Origin: an uncultured Pelagibacteraceae bacterium
Lineage (GTDB): Bacteria > Pseudomonadota > Alphaproteobacteria > Pelagibacterales > Pelagibacteraceae
Assembly: GCA_902576395.1 (NCBI GenBank)
Contig: CACGVB010000001.1
Location: forward strand, 44,420-108,419
Direction of reading: 5' to 3'
Length of the DNA: 64,000 nt
Shown here: positions 23,048 to 32,661 of the stretch, in pieces
Position numbering within the stretch: position 1 is the first letter of the stretch
Layout: every line of letters starts with the position of its first letter
Position numbers and translations under genes: made by a program
The notes under the pieces: model-generated
What the model saw: only the letters and a program-made list of their open reading frames with translations
Databases searched by the model: none
Told to the model about the DNA's origin: nothing

Positions 23048-24037
23048 AGATTTAATTTTATTAACTAGATCCTCATTAATATGTCTAGGTCCTTTATCTA
23101 ATCTATTCTTATGTCTTCTTTCACCAGGAAGTCTTACATCACCCATTGATTTCATTTTTTCAAAAAATTTTGATGAATGTTCGTCCCAATTATTTTGTGA
23201 TAATTTATCTGGAGATATGGCTAAAATGAACTCTCCACCGCTTGGAGGACCTCCATCATTATTATCCTTCTCAGCTGTCTCATAACTGAAATTATCCCCT
23301 ACTAAGGCACCTGCAAGCAATTCGACCATCATTGCAATCCCTGAGCCTTTATAGCCGCCGAAAGGCAATAAAACACCCCCATCTGCAATCTCAGCAGGAT
23401 CAGTTGTATCTTTTCCCTCTTTCGTTAGACCTGTTCCTAATGGAACTTTATGACCTTCTCTTTTAGCAACTTGAACTTCACCCATAGCCATTGAAGCTGT
23501 TGCCATATCATAAACGACTGGAGGTTTATTTTTTCTTGGCCAAGCAAAAGAAATAGGGTTTGTTCCAAACAAAGGCTTAATCGCTCCAGCAGGTGCAACA
23601 GCCGGTTTATATGATGTGCATGCAAAAGCGACCAAACCCTGTTCAGCGATCGTTTCAGTTTCAGGCCACATAGCTGCCATATGATGAGAATTGGTTATAG
23701 CTAAAATCGCAACACCACTTTCTTTAGCAAGTTTAACTAGTTCTGGAATACTTTTTTTTAAAACCACAGGAGCTAAACAATTATTACCATTAGCTTTAAC
23801 AACTGATGCTGATATTATTTTTATATCTGGTTTACCTTTGCCATTTATTTTTCCACTTTTTAATCCTGCTACATAAGCTGGCACTCTGAATAAACCATGT
23901 GATAGAGATCCATCTTTCTCAGCTTTAGTAACCAAGTCTGCCATTATAGTTGCTGTTTCATCATCACAACCACTATTTAAAAAAGTATTTTTTGCTAAAT
24001 TATAAATTTCATCTAGCTCTAGAGATATATTGCTCAC
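23039..24037 (-). CDS. Ldh_2 family oxidoreductase (malate/sulfolactate dehydrogenase-like)
   Basis: SHGLFR, GTNPISFA, DMATAS, GGYKGSG and RLPGER motifs. Confidence 0.88.
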   Translation of the reverse strand: MSNISLELDEIYNLAKNTFLNSGCDDETATIMADLVTKAEKDGSLSHGLFRVPAYVAGLKSGKINGKGKPDIKIISASVVKANGNNCLAPVVLKKSIPELVKLAKESGVAILAITNSHHMAAMWPETETIAEQGLVAFACTSYKPAVAPAGAIKPLFGTNPISFAWPRKNKPPVVYDMATASMAMGEVQVAKREGHKVPLGTGLTKEGKDTTDPAEIADGGVLLPFGGYKGSGIAMMVELLAGALVGDNFSYETAEKDNNDGGPPSGGEFILAISPDKLSQNNWDEHSSKFFEKMKSMGDVRLPGERRHKNRLDKGPRHINEDLVNKIKSLS

Positions 24038-24080
24038 ACATCTATTAGATATTATTTAAGATTTTTTTCAAATAGAATAT

Positions 24081-24815
24081 TTATTTATTTTTATCTTCCC
24101 ACTCAAAACGTGGAAAAGAGTCAAAGATTTTAAAAATACCATTTGACCATTGATTACAGACTTTTGAATACTCATCATCAGTAAGATTTAAGCACTTTTG
24201 TGATGCAATTTTATATTGGTCTTTTCTATAAACCGTAAAATCAATTGGTGGACCGACTGTTAAGTCACTTTTTAATGTTGAGTCCATTGAAATTAAAGCA
24301 CATCTTGATGCATCACCAACAGTAACTTCGGGTTTAATAACTCTATCTAAAATAGGTTTTCCATATTTAACTTCTCCAATAACTAAATATGGCTTGCTAT
24401 CGGCAGGTCTTATATAATTTCCTTGAGGATAAACTAAATATAATTCCATTGGTTGTCCCTTAATCTGACCACCAATAACAAAAGTAGATCCCAATAATAC
24501 TGTGTCAGTGTTTATGCCTTTAGGTGCTGAATGTTCAATATTTAATGAGCCAATATATGACGCAATCTGATCAAAATTTTCACAAGTATTTAAATTCATT
24601 ATTCCAGTGGAATTCTTCAAATCATTTTGAATTGATTTATAAACTGCCTGAGAAGTTCCTAAATTACCTGAAGTAACAATAATAATTGTTCTGTCACCTA
24701 CATCGTACGTGAACATTTTTGAGTAAATATTTACGTTATCTAAACCAGCATTCGTTCTCGAGTCTGACGCAAAAACTAATCCATCTTGTGCTTTAATGCC
24801 AATACAATAAGTCAT
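24081..24815 (-). CDS. Proteasome-type Ntn protease Anbu (COG3484)
   Basis: MTYC N-terminus (Thr1 nucleophile); SDSRTNAGLD, GExKYGKPILDR and SMDSTLKSDLTVGPP motifs. Confidence 0.9.
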   Translation of the reverse strand: MTYCIGIKAQDGLVFASDSRTNAGLDNVNIYSKMFTYDVGDRTIIIVTSGNLGTSQAVYKSIQNDLKNSTGIMNLNTCENFDQIASYIGSLNIEHSAPKGINTDTVLLGSTFVIGGQIKGQPMELYLVYPQGNYIRPADSKPYLVIGEVKYGKPILDRVIKPEVTVGDASRCALISMDSTLKSDLTVGPPIDFTVYRKDQYKIASQKCLNLTDDEYSKVCNQWSNGIFKIFDSFPRFEWEDKNK

Positions 24816-24927
24816 TTGAATAATTTACTATTGAATTATAACATTAATTAATAATCTATTAAAAGCATAACTGCTATATCTATTATGCATTTGCTTATTC
24901 TATCCAATTATTAAACATTATCTCGTT

Positions 24928-26373
24928 ATGGTCTCTAAACTATGGAAAAACTATAATGCTAAAAATGCTTATGATGGTTATTTCACAAAAGATAATAAGC
25001 TAAGAAAACATGCAACTATAATTTCAGGTATCCTAGAAAGATATGGTAAGAAAAAACTTCAGGAAATAGAAAAGAACTGCCAAAGTACAATTAGTGCAAG
25101 AGGAATAAATTTTAGAGTTTATGCTGCTAACAATCGTGCAGAAGAAAAAAAATGGCCATTGGATATAATTCCTAGAATAATACCAAAAAAACAATGGAAC
25201 AAAGTTTCAAAAGGCTTGCAGCAAAGAGTGAAAGCCTTAAACCTATTTATTGATGATGTTTATAATCAAAAGAAAATTTTTAAAGATAATGTAGTACCAA
25301 AAGAAATAATTTTTAAATCTCCATTCTATGTAAAAGAATGTGATGGATTTTCACCCAAACATAAAGCCTGGTCAAATATTTCAGGAGTTGATTTAATAAG
25401 AAATACCAATGGTGATTATTTAGTTTTAGAGGATAATTTAAGAGTTCCATCAGGTGTTTCTTACATGCTTGAGAATAGAATGGTAATGAGAGATGTTTTT
25501 CCAGAATTATTTACAAGGTATAAAGTTGCTTCTATTCACCAATATACAAACAAATTATTTAATTGCATGGTTGAATGTATCCCTAAGAAAACATCAAATC
25601 CTCACATGGTTGTTTTAACACCTGGTATTTATAATTCAGCTTACTTTGAACATTCGTTTTTAGCAGAGCAAATGGGTATAGCTTTAGTGGAAGGAAAAGA
25701 TTTGTTTGTTGAAAATGATATTATCTATATGAAGACAGTCAAGGGACCCCTCAAGGTTGATTGTATTTATAGGCGATTAGATGACAATTTTTTAGATCCA
25801 AAAGTTTTTTTTAAAGGATCATTAATTGGCGTTCCTGGACTTTTTAAAAGTTGGCGGAAGGGAAATGTCGGTATTATTAATGCAATTGGAACAGGTGTAG
25901 CTGATGACAAAGTTGTTTATTCTTATGTAAATAAAATGATAGTTTATTATTTGGGAGAACAACCTATTTTAAATCAAGTAGAAACATACCTCTGTCATAA
26001 CAAATCTGAAAGAGATTATGTAATTGAAAATATTGGTAAATTAGTCGTAAAGCCTGCAAATGCATCTGGAGGTTATGGGATCATGATTGGTCCAAAAGCT
26101 CCAAAAAAAGAACGAGAGGAAGTAATTGCCAAAATTAAGAAAAATCCAAGAGAGTATATTGCTCAACCATTAGAAACTCTGTCAACAGCTCCAACAATAA
26201 CTGAAGATGATATAGAACCTAGGCACCTTGATTTAAGACCTTTTGTTTTAAGTGGAAAAACTACATACGTAAGCACTGGTGGACTAACTAGAGTAGCTTT
26301 AAGAAAAGGCAGTACAATTGTAAATAGCTCTCAAGGTGGTGGTTCTAAGGATACACTTATTGTTGAAACATAA
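24928..26373 (+). CDS. Circularly permuted ATP-grasp (COG2308-type) peptide ligase
   Basis: VLEDNLRVPSGVSY, LTPGIYNSAYFEH, DLRPF, GGLTRVAL and NSSQGGGSKD motifs. Confidence 0.92.
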   Translation: MVSKLWKNYNAKNAYDGYFTKDNKLRKHATIISGILERYGKKKLQEIEKNCQSTISARGINFRVYAANNRAEEKKWPLDIIPRIIPKKQWNKVSKGLQQRVKALNLFIDDVYNQKKIFKDNVVPKEIIFKSPFYVKECDGFSPKHKAWSNISGVDLIRNTNGDYLVLEDNLRVPSGVSYMLENRMVMRDVFPELFTRYKVASIHQYTNKLFNCMVECIPKKTSNPHMVVLTPGIYNSAYFEHSFLAEQMGIALVEGKDLFVENDIIYMKTVKGPLKVDCIYRRLDDNFLDPKVFFKGSLIGVPGLFKSWRKGNVGIINAIGTGVADDKVVYSYVNKMIVYYLGEQPILNQVETYLCHNKSERDYVIENIGKLVVKPANASGGYGIMIGPKAPKKEREEVIAKIKKNPREYIAQPLETLSTAPTITEDDIEPRHLDLRPFVLSGKTTYVSTGGLTRVALRKGSTIVNSSQGGGSKDTLIVET

Positions 26374-26417
26374 TAATATTCATATTATTAAAAATTAATC
26401 AGCCTAAATTCATTTTG

Positions 26418-27206
26418 ATGAAAAATAACATAATAATTTTTACAGATCTAGACGGATCTTTATTAAATACTAAAAATTTCAAATTCGAAAAAGCTAAATC
26501 ACTTATTAAAAAAATTATTAAAGATAGTAATTTTATAATTCCTAATTCAAGTAAAACAGAGTTAGAGATAAGAAATTTTATTAAGAAATTAAAAATCAAG
26601 CTTCCTTTTATTAGCGAAAATGGTTCTGAAATTCATAATCTAAATACGATCGAAAGAAAGCTTCCTAAAAAAATAACAATAGCGCGTGATAGAAATACAA
26701 TTTTGAAAATTTTTTTAAAAAATATGAGTAAAGAGATTTTAATAAAATGTGATTTTTTATATAAAATGGACAATAAAAATAAATCTAAAATTTTAGGTTT
26801 AAAAGGAAAAGATTTAGTCGCTAGTTCAAAACGAAAATATACTTATCCTTTTATTTTTAAAGGAGATAATAAACTAAAAAAATTATTATTTAAAAAAACT
26901 TACAAGGCAGGTTTAGGTATTCAACAAGGAGGTAGAGTAATGAATTTAGGCGATAATGTAAATAAAGGTATGGCAATTAAAAAAACATTAAATTTTATTA
27001 AATCAGTTAATAAAAATAAGATTACAACCATTGCTGTTGGTGATAATCAGAATGATTTAAGTATGTTAAAAGTCGTGAAATATCCCTGTATTGTTTCAAA
27101 TAGATCCATCAAAATTAATAACAAAAATAAAATCTATACTAATAAAAAGGCTCCAGAAGGATGGATTGAGGTGGTCAAAAAGGCAATGGATAAAATAAAT
27201 AAATAA
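26418..27206 (+). CDS. HAD-IIB glucosyl/mannosyl-3-phosphoglycerate phosphatase
   Basis: FTDLDGSLL, SSKT, ENG, GGR and GDNQNDLSML motifs; directly upstream of the cognate synthase. Confidence 0.82.
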   Translation: MKNNIIIFTDLDGSLLNTKNFKFEKAKSLIKKIIKDSNFIIPNSSKTELEIRNFIKKLKIKLPFISENGSEIHNLNTIERKLPKKITIARDRNTILKIFLKNMSKEILIKCDFLYKMDNKNKSKILGLKGKDLVASSKRKYTYPFIFKGDNKLKKLLFKKTYKAGLGIQQGGRVMNLGDNVNKGMAIKKTLNFIKSVNKNKITTIAVGDNQNDLSMLKVVKYPCIVSNRSIKINNKNKIYTNKKAPEGWIEVVKKAMDKINK

Positions 27207-27220
27207 ATTAATTTATAAAT

Positions 27221-28441
27221 ATGGGTGATTTTTCTCAAAACGGAATAGTAGCAAATCTTCACGATTTTTCGATACGAAGTACTGAGCAAATAGAAAAAGA
27301 CTTATTAAAATTTTCTAAAGAGAGAAAATTAGAATTAATTTTACCTTGTCTTTATTCAGAGCTTGAGGGAGATGCATTACCAAACATTGTAAATGAAATA
27401 AGCAAAACTAAATATCTTAATCATGTGATAATTGGCTTAGATCAAGCGAATAAAGCACAAGCTAAAAAGGCATGGAAATTTTTTAAAAAGCTAAAAACAC
27501 CTTTTTCTATTTTATGGAATGATGGTCCTAAATTAAAAAAATTAGATAAGGAATTAAAGGGTATAGATCTTGCACCAAAACAAATGGGTAAAGGAAGAAA
27601 TGTTTGGTATTGTATTGGAATGGCAATAGCTAGAGATGAAGCTAGATCTGTTGCTTTACATGATTGTGATATAAAAACTTATGATAGAAGGTTGTTAGCA
27701 AAACTTTTTTATCCTGTAGAAAACCCATTATTCAATTATGAATTTTGCAAAGGTTATTATCCAAGAATTGCTGATAATAAAATGCATGGAAGAGTAGCTA
27801 GATTGCTTGTTAACCCACTACTCACAGCAATGGAAAAAACAATAGGTAAAAGTGATTACATAGACTTTATGAAATCATTTAAATACCCATTAGCTGGAGA
27901 ATTTTCATTTAGAAGAAATATTCTACCAGAACTTAGAATTTCATCAGATTGGGGAATTGAAATTGCTATTTTATCTGAAATGCAGAGAAATTATTCATCA
28001 AACAACATATGCCAAGTAGAATTAGCTGATAACTACGATCATAAACATCAGATATTATCTATAAAGGACAGCTCTAAAGGGTTATCTAAAATGTCTATTG
28101 ATATAATTAAAACATTAGTAAGAAAACTTGCAACACAAGGTTATTCTTTTAGCAAAGAAACTTTTCGATCAATTAAAGCGACTTATTATAGATCTGCTTT
28201 AGATTTAATTGATATTTATAGAAGCGATGCTCAAATGAACGGATTAAAGTTTGACTCTCACAATGAGGAAAAAACAGTTGAGTTATTTGCTTTGAATATA
28301 ATGAAAGCTGGTGAGTCATTCTTTGAAAATCCAATGGATACACCTTTTATACCAACTTGGCATAGAGTTAAAAGTGCTATCCCTGATTTCTTAGATAGAT
28401 TTAAGGAAAGCGTTAAATCGGACAATAAAGAGTTTAAGTAA
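27221..28441 (+). CDS. gpgS: Glucosyl-3-phosphoglycerate synthase (GpgS, ~400-aa type)
   Basis: MGDFSQNG, GKGRNVW, HDCDI, YPLAGEF, DWGIE and YDHKHQ motifs. Confidence 0.82.
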   Translation: MGDFSQNGIVANLHDFSIRSTEQIEKDLLKFSKERKLELILPCLYSELEGDALPNIVNEISKTKYLNHVIIGLDQANKAQAKKAWKFFKKLKTPFSILWNDGPKLKKLDKELKGIDLAPKQMGKGRNVWYCIGMAIARDEARSVALHDCDIKTYDRRLLAKLFYPVENPLFNYEFCKGYYPRIADNKMHGRVARLLVNPLLTAMEKTIGKSDYIDFMKSFKYPLAGEFSFRRNILPELRISSDWGIEIAILSEMQRNYSSNNICQVELADNYDHKHQILSIKDSSKGLSKMSIDIIKTLVRKLATQGYSFSKETFRSIKATYYRSALDLIDIYRSDAQMNGLKFDSHNEEKTVELFALNIMKAGESFFENPMDTPFIPTWHRVKSAIPDFLDRFKESVKSDNKEFK

Positions 28442-28455
28442 ACTTAATAATTAGT

Positions 28456-28719
28456 TTAATGTTTGTGATTGTGCTTTTCGTTTAAATTATCAATATCAAT
28501 TTCTTTAATTTCATTAATGGGCTTTGCTATACGCCAATTCCTTACTTTCCCATCCTCTGCTCTTTCGGTTATTATTGTCTCTATAGGAGGGCAATTAGGT
28601 TCATGACAACTTAACTCAGCCATGCTTAAAATAGATTTTTCTGGAATTTGATGTTTTTTTGAAAATACAAGTTTTAAATTTCTAATAGTTTCAGCATTAG
28701 GTTTCTTTTTATTAAACAT
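28456..28719 (-). CDS. Small uncharacterised protein with ELxCxEPxCPPxET motif and His-rich tail
   Basis: Last gene of the znuA-COG0523-WD40 run, 3 bp after the WD40 stop. Confidence 0.75.
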   Translation of the reverse strand: MFNKKKPNAETIRNLKLVFSKKHQIPEKSILSMAELSCHEPNCPPIETIITERAEDGKVRNWRIAKPINEIKEIDIDNLNEKHNHKH

Positions 28720-28722
28720 AGA

Positions 28723-29766
28723 TTATTTTTTTTCCTCATCCCAAATCGATGTCCATAAAATATTTCCTCCCATGTCACCAATTAATAGGTGTGAGCAATC
28801 TTTGGTTACTGCAATTGCAGATACTTCAAATTCTGTAAAGCTTCGAATAATAATTGTATTGCTTGCTTTTTCGATTTCTGACAAAAAAACTGACCCGTCA
28901 CTTAACCCAGTTAAAATTGCATTTTCATTTGGGAATGGTTCAACAAATGTAACTAATTTATTTCCTACATAAGGAAGACAAATGGGTTCTCGACCTACTG
29001 GTCCATCTCCATCGAATGGCCAACATACTGCTTCTTTAGCTCCAGATGTTGCTAAATATTTTGAGTCATCTACGAAAGCAAAACTTTTAATTTTTGCACC
29101 ATATCCAGACATTGCTGAGTCAATTTTGTCTTTTAATCGCCAAAAATGTAGTTGGTTTTCCTGCATTGATGTAACCAGGTATTTACCATCAGGACTAAAA
29201 ATTACTTTGTTATGAGAACCCTTCCAGTTTAATTCTGATGAATTCCATTTGTTGCTATAATCTTTTTTCCAAAGAGTTACTCCTCCGTAACGAGAAACTG
29301 CCAATCTTCTGCCTTTCGTGTCAAATGCTATACCTCCAATAGTACTATTATGCTCAAATAATTTTGGCTGTTTATGATTTGGTGACCAAAGATAAACAAT
29401 ATTTCCAGATGAACAAACTAGACTTCCATTATTTGCTGTAACATGATCTACCCATCGTGTACCAAAGTTACCAATCTCACTTATCTTTCCATCAAGGGAA
29501 ATGTTTAAAAATCGACCATCATCTCCACCAGTTAAAATATTATCACCATCTTTAGACATGCAGAGTACAATGCCTTTGTGAGCTTTTATTGGTTCAGAAC
29601 TTTCGCCAGATGTAAAAATTCTTACTGTACCATCGCCAAATCCAACTGCTATTGAATTACCAACTGTAACCGCATTAGTTATAGGAATTCCAAGTTTAAA
29701 CTCTGTTCCTCTTTGTTCAAATTTAGTCTTATCTAATTCTGGGAATTGACTTGTATCAGCCTTCAT
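28723..29766 (-). CDS. WD40-repeat beta-propeller protein
   Basis: Repeated blades (TGGDDG, FSPDGKYL, LATSGA); 4-bp overlap with the COG0523 stop. Confidence 0.85.
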   Translation of the reverse strand: MKADTSQFPELDKTKFEQRGTEFKLGIPITNAVTVGNSIAVGFGDGTVRIFTSGESSEPIKAHKGIVLCMSKDGDNILTGGDDGRFLNISLDGKISEIGNFGTRWVDHVTANNGSLVCSSGNIVYLWSPNHKQPKLFEHNSTIGGIAFDTKGRRLAVSRYGGVTLWKKDYSNKWNSSELNWKGSHNKVIFSPDGKYLVTSMQENQLHFWRLKDKIDSAMSGYGAKIKSFAFVDDSKYLATSGAKEAVCWPFDGDGPVGREPICLPYVGNKLVTFVEPFPNENAILTGLSDGSVFLSEIEKASNTIIIRSFTEFEVSAIAVTKDCSHLLIGDMGGNILWTSIWDEEKK

Positions 29767-30737
29767 GCCGATTTACAGTTTTCAAATCCTTCTTTTAAAT
29801 TCATACTTTCAAGGTTTCGACCAATGAAGACTAGTCGAGAACTTCGTTCTTTACCTTGAGGCCATTTACCCATTGGTGAAGCATCCATAAGCATATGTAC
29901 ACCTTGAAATACATATCGATCACTTTCTCCTGTAAAGTCAAGTATACCTTTGGTTCTTAAAATATCCTGACCTTTGGTTTGTAATAGTTTACTGAACCAA
30001 TCTTGAAACTTTTCCATATCTAATGGGGTATCAGAGACAAATGATAAGCTAGTTACATCATCATCGTGCTCATGGTCGTGATCTGATGTAAGAAAATCAG
30101 GCTCAACATCTAAAACACGCTTTAAACTAAATGCATCAAGATTTAAAATCTCATTTAATGATACTCCACATTTGGTTGTATTAATAACTTTTGCAAAAGG
30201 ATTAATTTTTTTTATTCTTTCTTTAACAACTTCTAATCCACTTTCATCAACAAGATCTATTTTGTTTAATAATACAACGTCTGCAAAGGCAATTTGTTCT
30301 TCTGCTTCGTGATGATCTGTTAATTGTGTACTTAAATGAACAGCGTCAGCAACAGTGACAATTGCATCTAACTTTGTACGATCAGCAACATCTTGATCGA
30401 CAAAAAAAGTTTGTGCAACGGGAGCTGGATCGGCTAATCCGGTGGTTTCTACTATGATTGCATCAAGCTTATCCGCTCTCTTCATAAGACCGCTTAAAAT
30501 ACGGATTAGATCTCCTCTTACGGTGCAACAAATGCAACCATTGTTCATCTCAAACACCTCTTCATCAGCATCAACAACCAAATCGTTATCAATGCCCTGC
30601 TCACCAAATTCATTAACTATTACAGCATATTTTTTTCCATGCTGTTCTGTTAAAATTCTGTTTAAAAGAGTAGTTTTTCCAGCACCTAAAAAACCTGTTA
30701 AAACAGTAACAGGAACTTGTTTGTTAGTTTCTTCCAT
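29763..30737 (-). CDS. COG0523/CobW-family G3E GTPase metallochaperone
   Basis: GFLGAGKTT, NEFGE, GCICC, ETTGLADP and NKID motifs; short His tract; CobW_C domain. Confidence 0.93.
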   Translation of the reverse strand: MEETNKQVPVTVLTGFLGAGKTTLLNRILTEQHGKKYAVIVNEFGEQGIDNDLVVDADEEVFEMNNGCICCTVRGDLIRILSGLMKRADKLDAIIVETTGLADPAPVAQTFFVDQDVADRTKLDAIVTVADAVHLSTQLTDHHEAEEQIAFADVVLLNKIDLVDESGLEVVKERIKKINPFAKVINTTKCGVSLNEILNLDAFSLKRVLDVEPDFLTSDHDHEHDDDVTSLSFVSDTPLDMEKFQDWFSKLLQTKGQDILRTKGILDFTGESDRYVFQGVHMLMDASPMGKWPQGKERSSRLVFIGRNLESMNLKEGFENCKSA

Positions 30738-30745
30738 TAATTAAA

Positions 30746-31840
30746 TTAACATCCTTTAAAGGATTTTGACATATTTTTTATTAAATCAAAATATAAACCT
30801 TTTCCAGGAGTTAAAGTTGCACCCAACGGATCAACAATACCAGTTTTAATATTCATATCTTTTGCAACAGCTTTAATGATATCTGGATTAAATTGAGGCT
30901 CAGAAAATACACAAGCTACTTTATCGTGCTCAATTACTTCTCTGATCTCTGAAAGTTGTTCCGCGCCAGGTAATACATCCGTGTTAACTGTGAAAGCCCC
31001 TAATATATTTACATTAAATCTTTTTTCAAAGTATTGGTAAGCATCATGAAAAACAATTGATGCAGTACTTTCATTAAGTTCTGCAGTTACATCATTTGTA
31101 AGTTTATCAATTTCTTTATAAGCCTTACTTAAATTTGCTCTATAAGCAGCTTCATTTGTTGGGTCATTTTCAATTAAGTGCTTAGACATTTCAAATAAAA
31201 TAACTTTTGCATTAATTGGGTCTAACCAAATATGTGGATCAAATTCACCGTGGTGGTGTCCTTCGTGTCCATCATGATCATCATGGTCATCATGCCCATC
31301 TTCTTTTTTTGCATGGTCATGATCATCGTGGTCATCCTTTTTCTTATGTCCATGATCGTCATGATCGTCCTCTTTATGCCCATCTTCTTTTTTTGCATGG
31401 TCATGATCATCGTGATCATCTTTTTTCTTGTGTCCGTGATCATCATGATCATCGTGATCGTCATGGTCATCAAAAATATTTCTCTCTCTAAATTTTAATT
31501 TAACTAAACCTTTAATCTCTAATAACTCAATTTTTTCTGCCTCATTAGCAATTGAGTCTAACGGTTTTTCTAAAAAATTTTCTAAATCTTCACCTACCCA
31601 AAAAACAATGTCAGCATCTTGTAACATTTTTGCATGCGAGGGTTTCATGGCAAATCCATGTGGTGAAGCGTATCCTTCAACTATTAAATCTGGTTTAGCT
31701 ACACCATCCATTAAATAGCTAGCTAAAGAGTGTATTGGCTTAATTGATGCAACGACTTTGATGTCGGCATTTGCTGATGTAAATAAAGTTAAAAATGATA
31801 GTATTGTTAAGATTATTGAAGATTTTTTTAGATTTTTCAT
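30746..31840 (-). CDS. znuA: Zinc ABC transporter substrate-binding protein
   Basis: SIKPIHSL, SPH, long His/Asp loop, DPHIWLDP, FHDAYQYF and SEPQF motifs. Confidence 0.95.
   Translation of the reverse strand: MKNLKKSSIILTILSFLTLFTSANADIKVVASIKPIHSLASYLMDGVAKPDLIVEGYASPHGFAMKPSHAKMLQDADIVFWVGEDLENFLEKPLDSIANEAEKIELLEIKGLVKLKFRERNIFDDHDDHDDHDDHGHKKKDDHDDHDHAKKEDGHKEDDHDDHGHKKKDDHDDHDHAKKEDGHDDHDDHDGHEGHHHGEFDPHIWLDPINAKVILFEMSKHLIENDPTNEAAYRANLSKAYKEIDKLTNDVTAELNESTASIVFHDAYQYFEKRFNVNILGAFTVNTDVLPGAEQLSEIREVIEHDKVACVFSEPQFNPDIIKAVAKDMNIKTGIVDPLGATLTPGKGLYFDLIKNMSKSFKGC
31262..31470. repeat. His/Asp-coding repeat region in znuA, including an 84-bp-period near-duplicate
   Basis: ATGCCCATCTTCTTTTTTTGCATGGTCATGATCATCGTG begins at both 31292 and 31376; the peptide GHKKKDDHDDHDHAKKEDGH occurs twice. 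Confidence 0.9.
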
Positions 31841-31860
31841 AATATTTGGTTATTGTTAAT

Positions 31861-31893
31861 TGTTATAATATAACGCTGTGTAATAATATAACA
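31861..31893. promoter_or_regulatory. Two tandem Zur boxes in the divergent znuA/znuC promoter
   Basis: TGTTATAATATAACG (31861-31875) and TGTAATAATATAACA (31879-31893) are each one mismatch from the palindrome TGTTATAnTATAACA. Confidence 0.85.
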
Positions 31894-31913
31894 TATTTAA
31901 GTCAAGTGAATAA

Positions 31914-32660
31914 ATGAGCATGGGAAATAATATTTTAGTAAAATTAAACAATGTTGGTTTTCAACAAAATCAAAAGTGGCTTGTTCAAGGTGTTTCTTTG
32001 CAAGTCGAAAAAGGTAAAATTGTTACCTTAATTGGTCCTAATGGTTCTGGTAAAAGTACAACTGCTAAAATTGCTCTAGGTTTATTTAAAAATATTGAGG
32101 GTCAAGTTGAAAAATTCACAAATAATATTGGTTATGTTCCACAAAAAATATCAATAGATTGGACACTTCCTCTAAGAGTTAGAGATTTTATGCTTTTAAC
32201 AGATAATCTTACAGAAGACGTAATTGATGAAGCACTTTCATTAACTGGTGTAATTAATTTAAAAGATAAAAGTTTGGGAAATTTATCAGGTGGAGAATTT
32301 CAAAGAGTGTTACTTGCCAGAGCTATTTCAAAAAAACCTGAATTGTTAGTGCTTGATGAGCCAGTTCAAGGTGTAGATTTTACGGGAGAAATTGCCTTGT
32401 ATGAATTAATTAAAGAAATTTCAGAAAAATTAAATTGCGGTATTTTATTAATATCCCATGACTTACATACAGTAATGAGCGCTACCGATCATGTTGTTTG
32501 TTTAAATGGTCATGTCTGTTGTTCGGGTTCACCTAAAGAAGTTGCAAAAAATAGTGAATACAAAGCATTGTTTGGCGAACAAGCCTCTCAAACTCTTTCA
32601 ATTTATGAACATAAGCACGATCATGTTCATGCTAATGATGGGGATATAAAAAAAAATTGA
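31914..32660 (+). CDS. znuC: Zinc ABC transporter ATPase
   Basis: GPNGSGKST, LSGGEFQR and HVCCSG motifs; His-rich C-terminus. Confidence 0.94.
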   Translation: MSMGNNILVKLNNVGFQQNQKWLVQGVSLQVEKGKIVTLIGPNGSGKSTTAKIALGLFKNIEGQVEKFTNNIGYVPQKISIDWTLPLRVRDFMLLTDNLTEDVIDEALSLTGVINLKDKSLGNLSGGEFQRVLLARAISKKPELLVLDEPVQGVDFTGEIALYELIKEISEKLNCGILLISHDLHTVMSATDHVVCLNGHVCCSGSPKEVAKNSEYKALFGEQASQTLSIYEHKHDHVHANDGDIKKN

Positions 32661-32661
32661 T

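Noticed and set aside
31262-31470. Repeat region considered as a CRISPR array
   Set aside because: It is in-frame coding sequence with no unique spacers, and there are no cas genes.
31216-31498. Three short alternative-frame ORFs rich in Met/Ile/His
   Set aside because: They are shadows of the znuA His/Asp repeat, which lacks stop codons in other frames.
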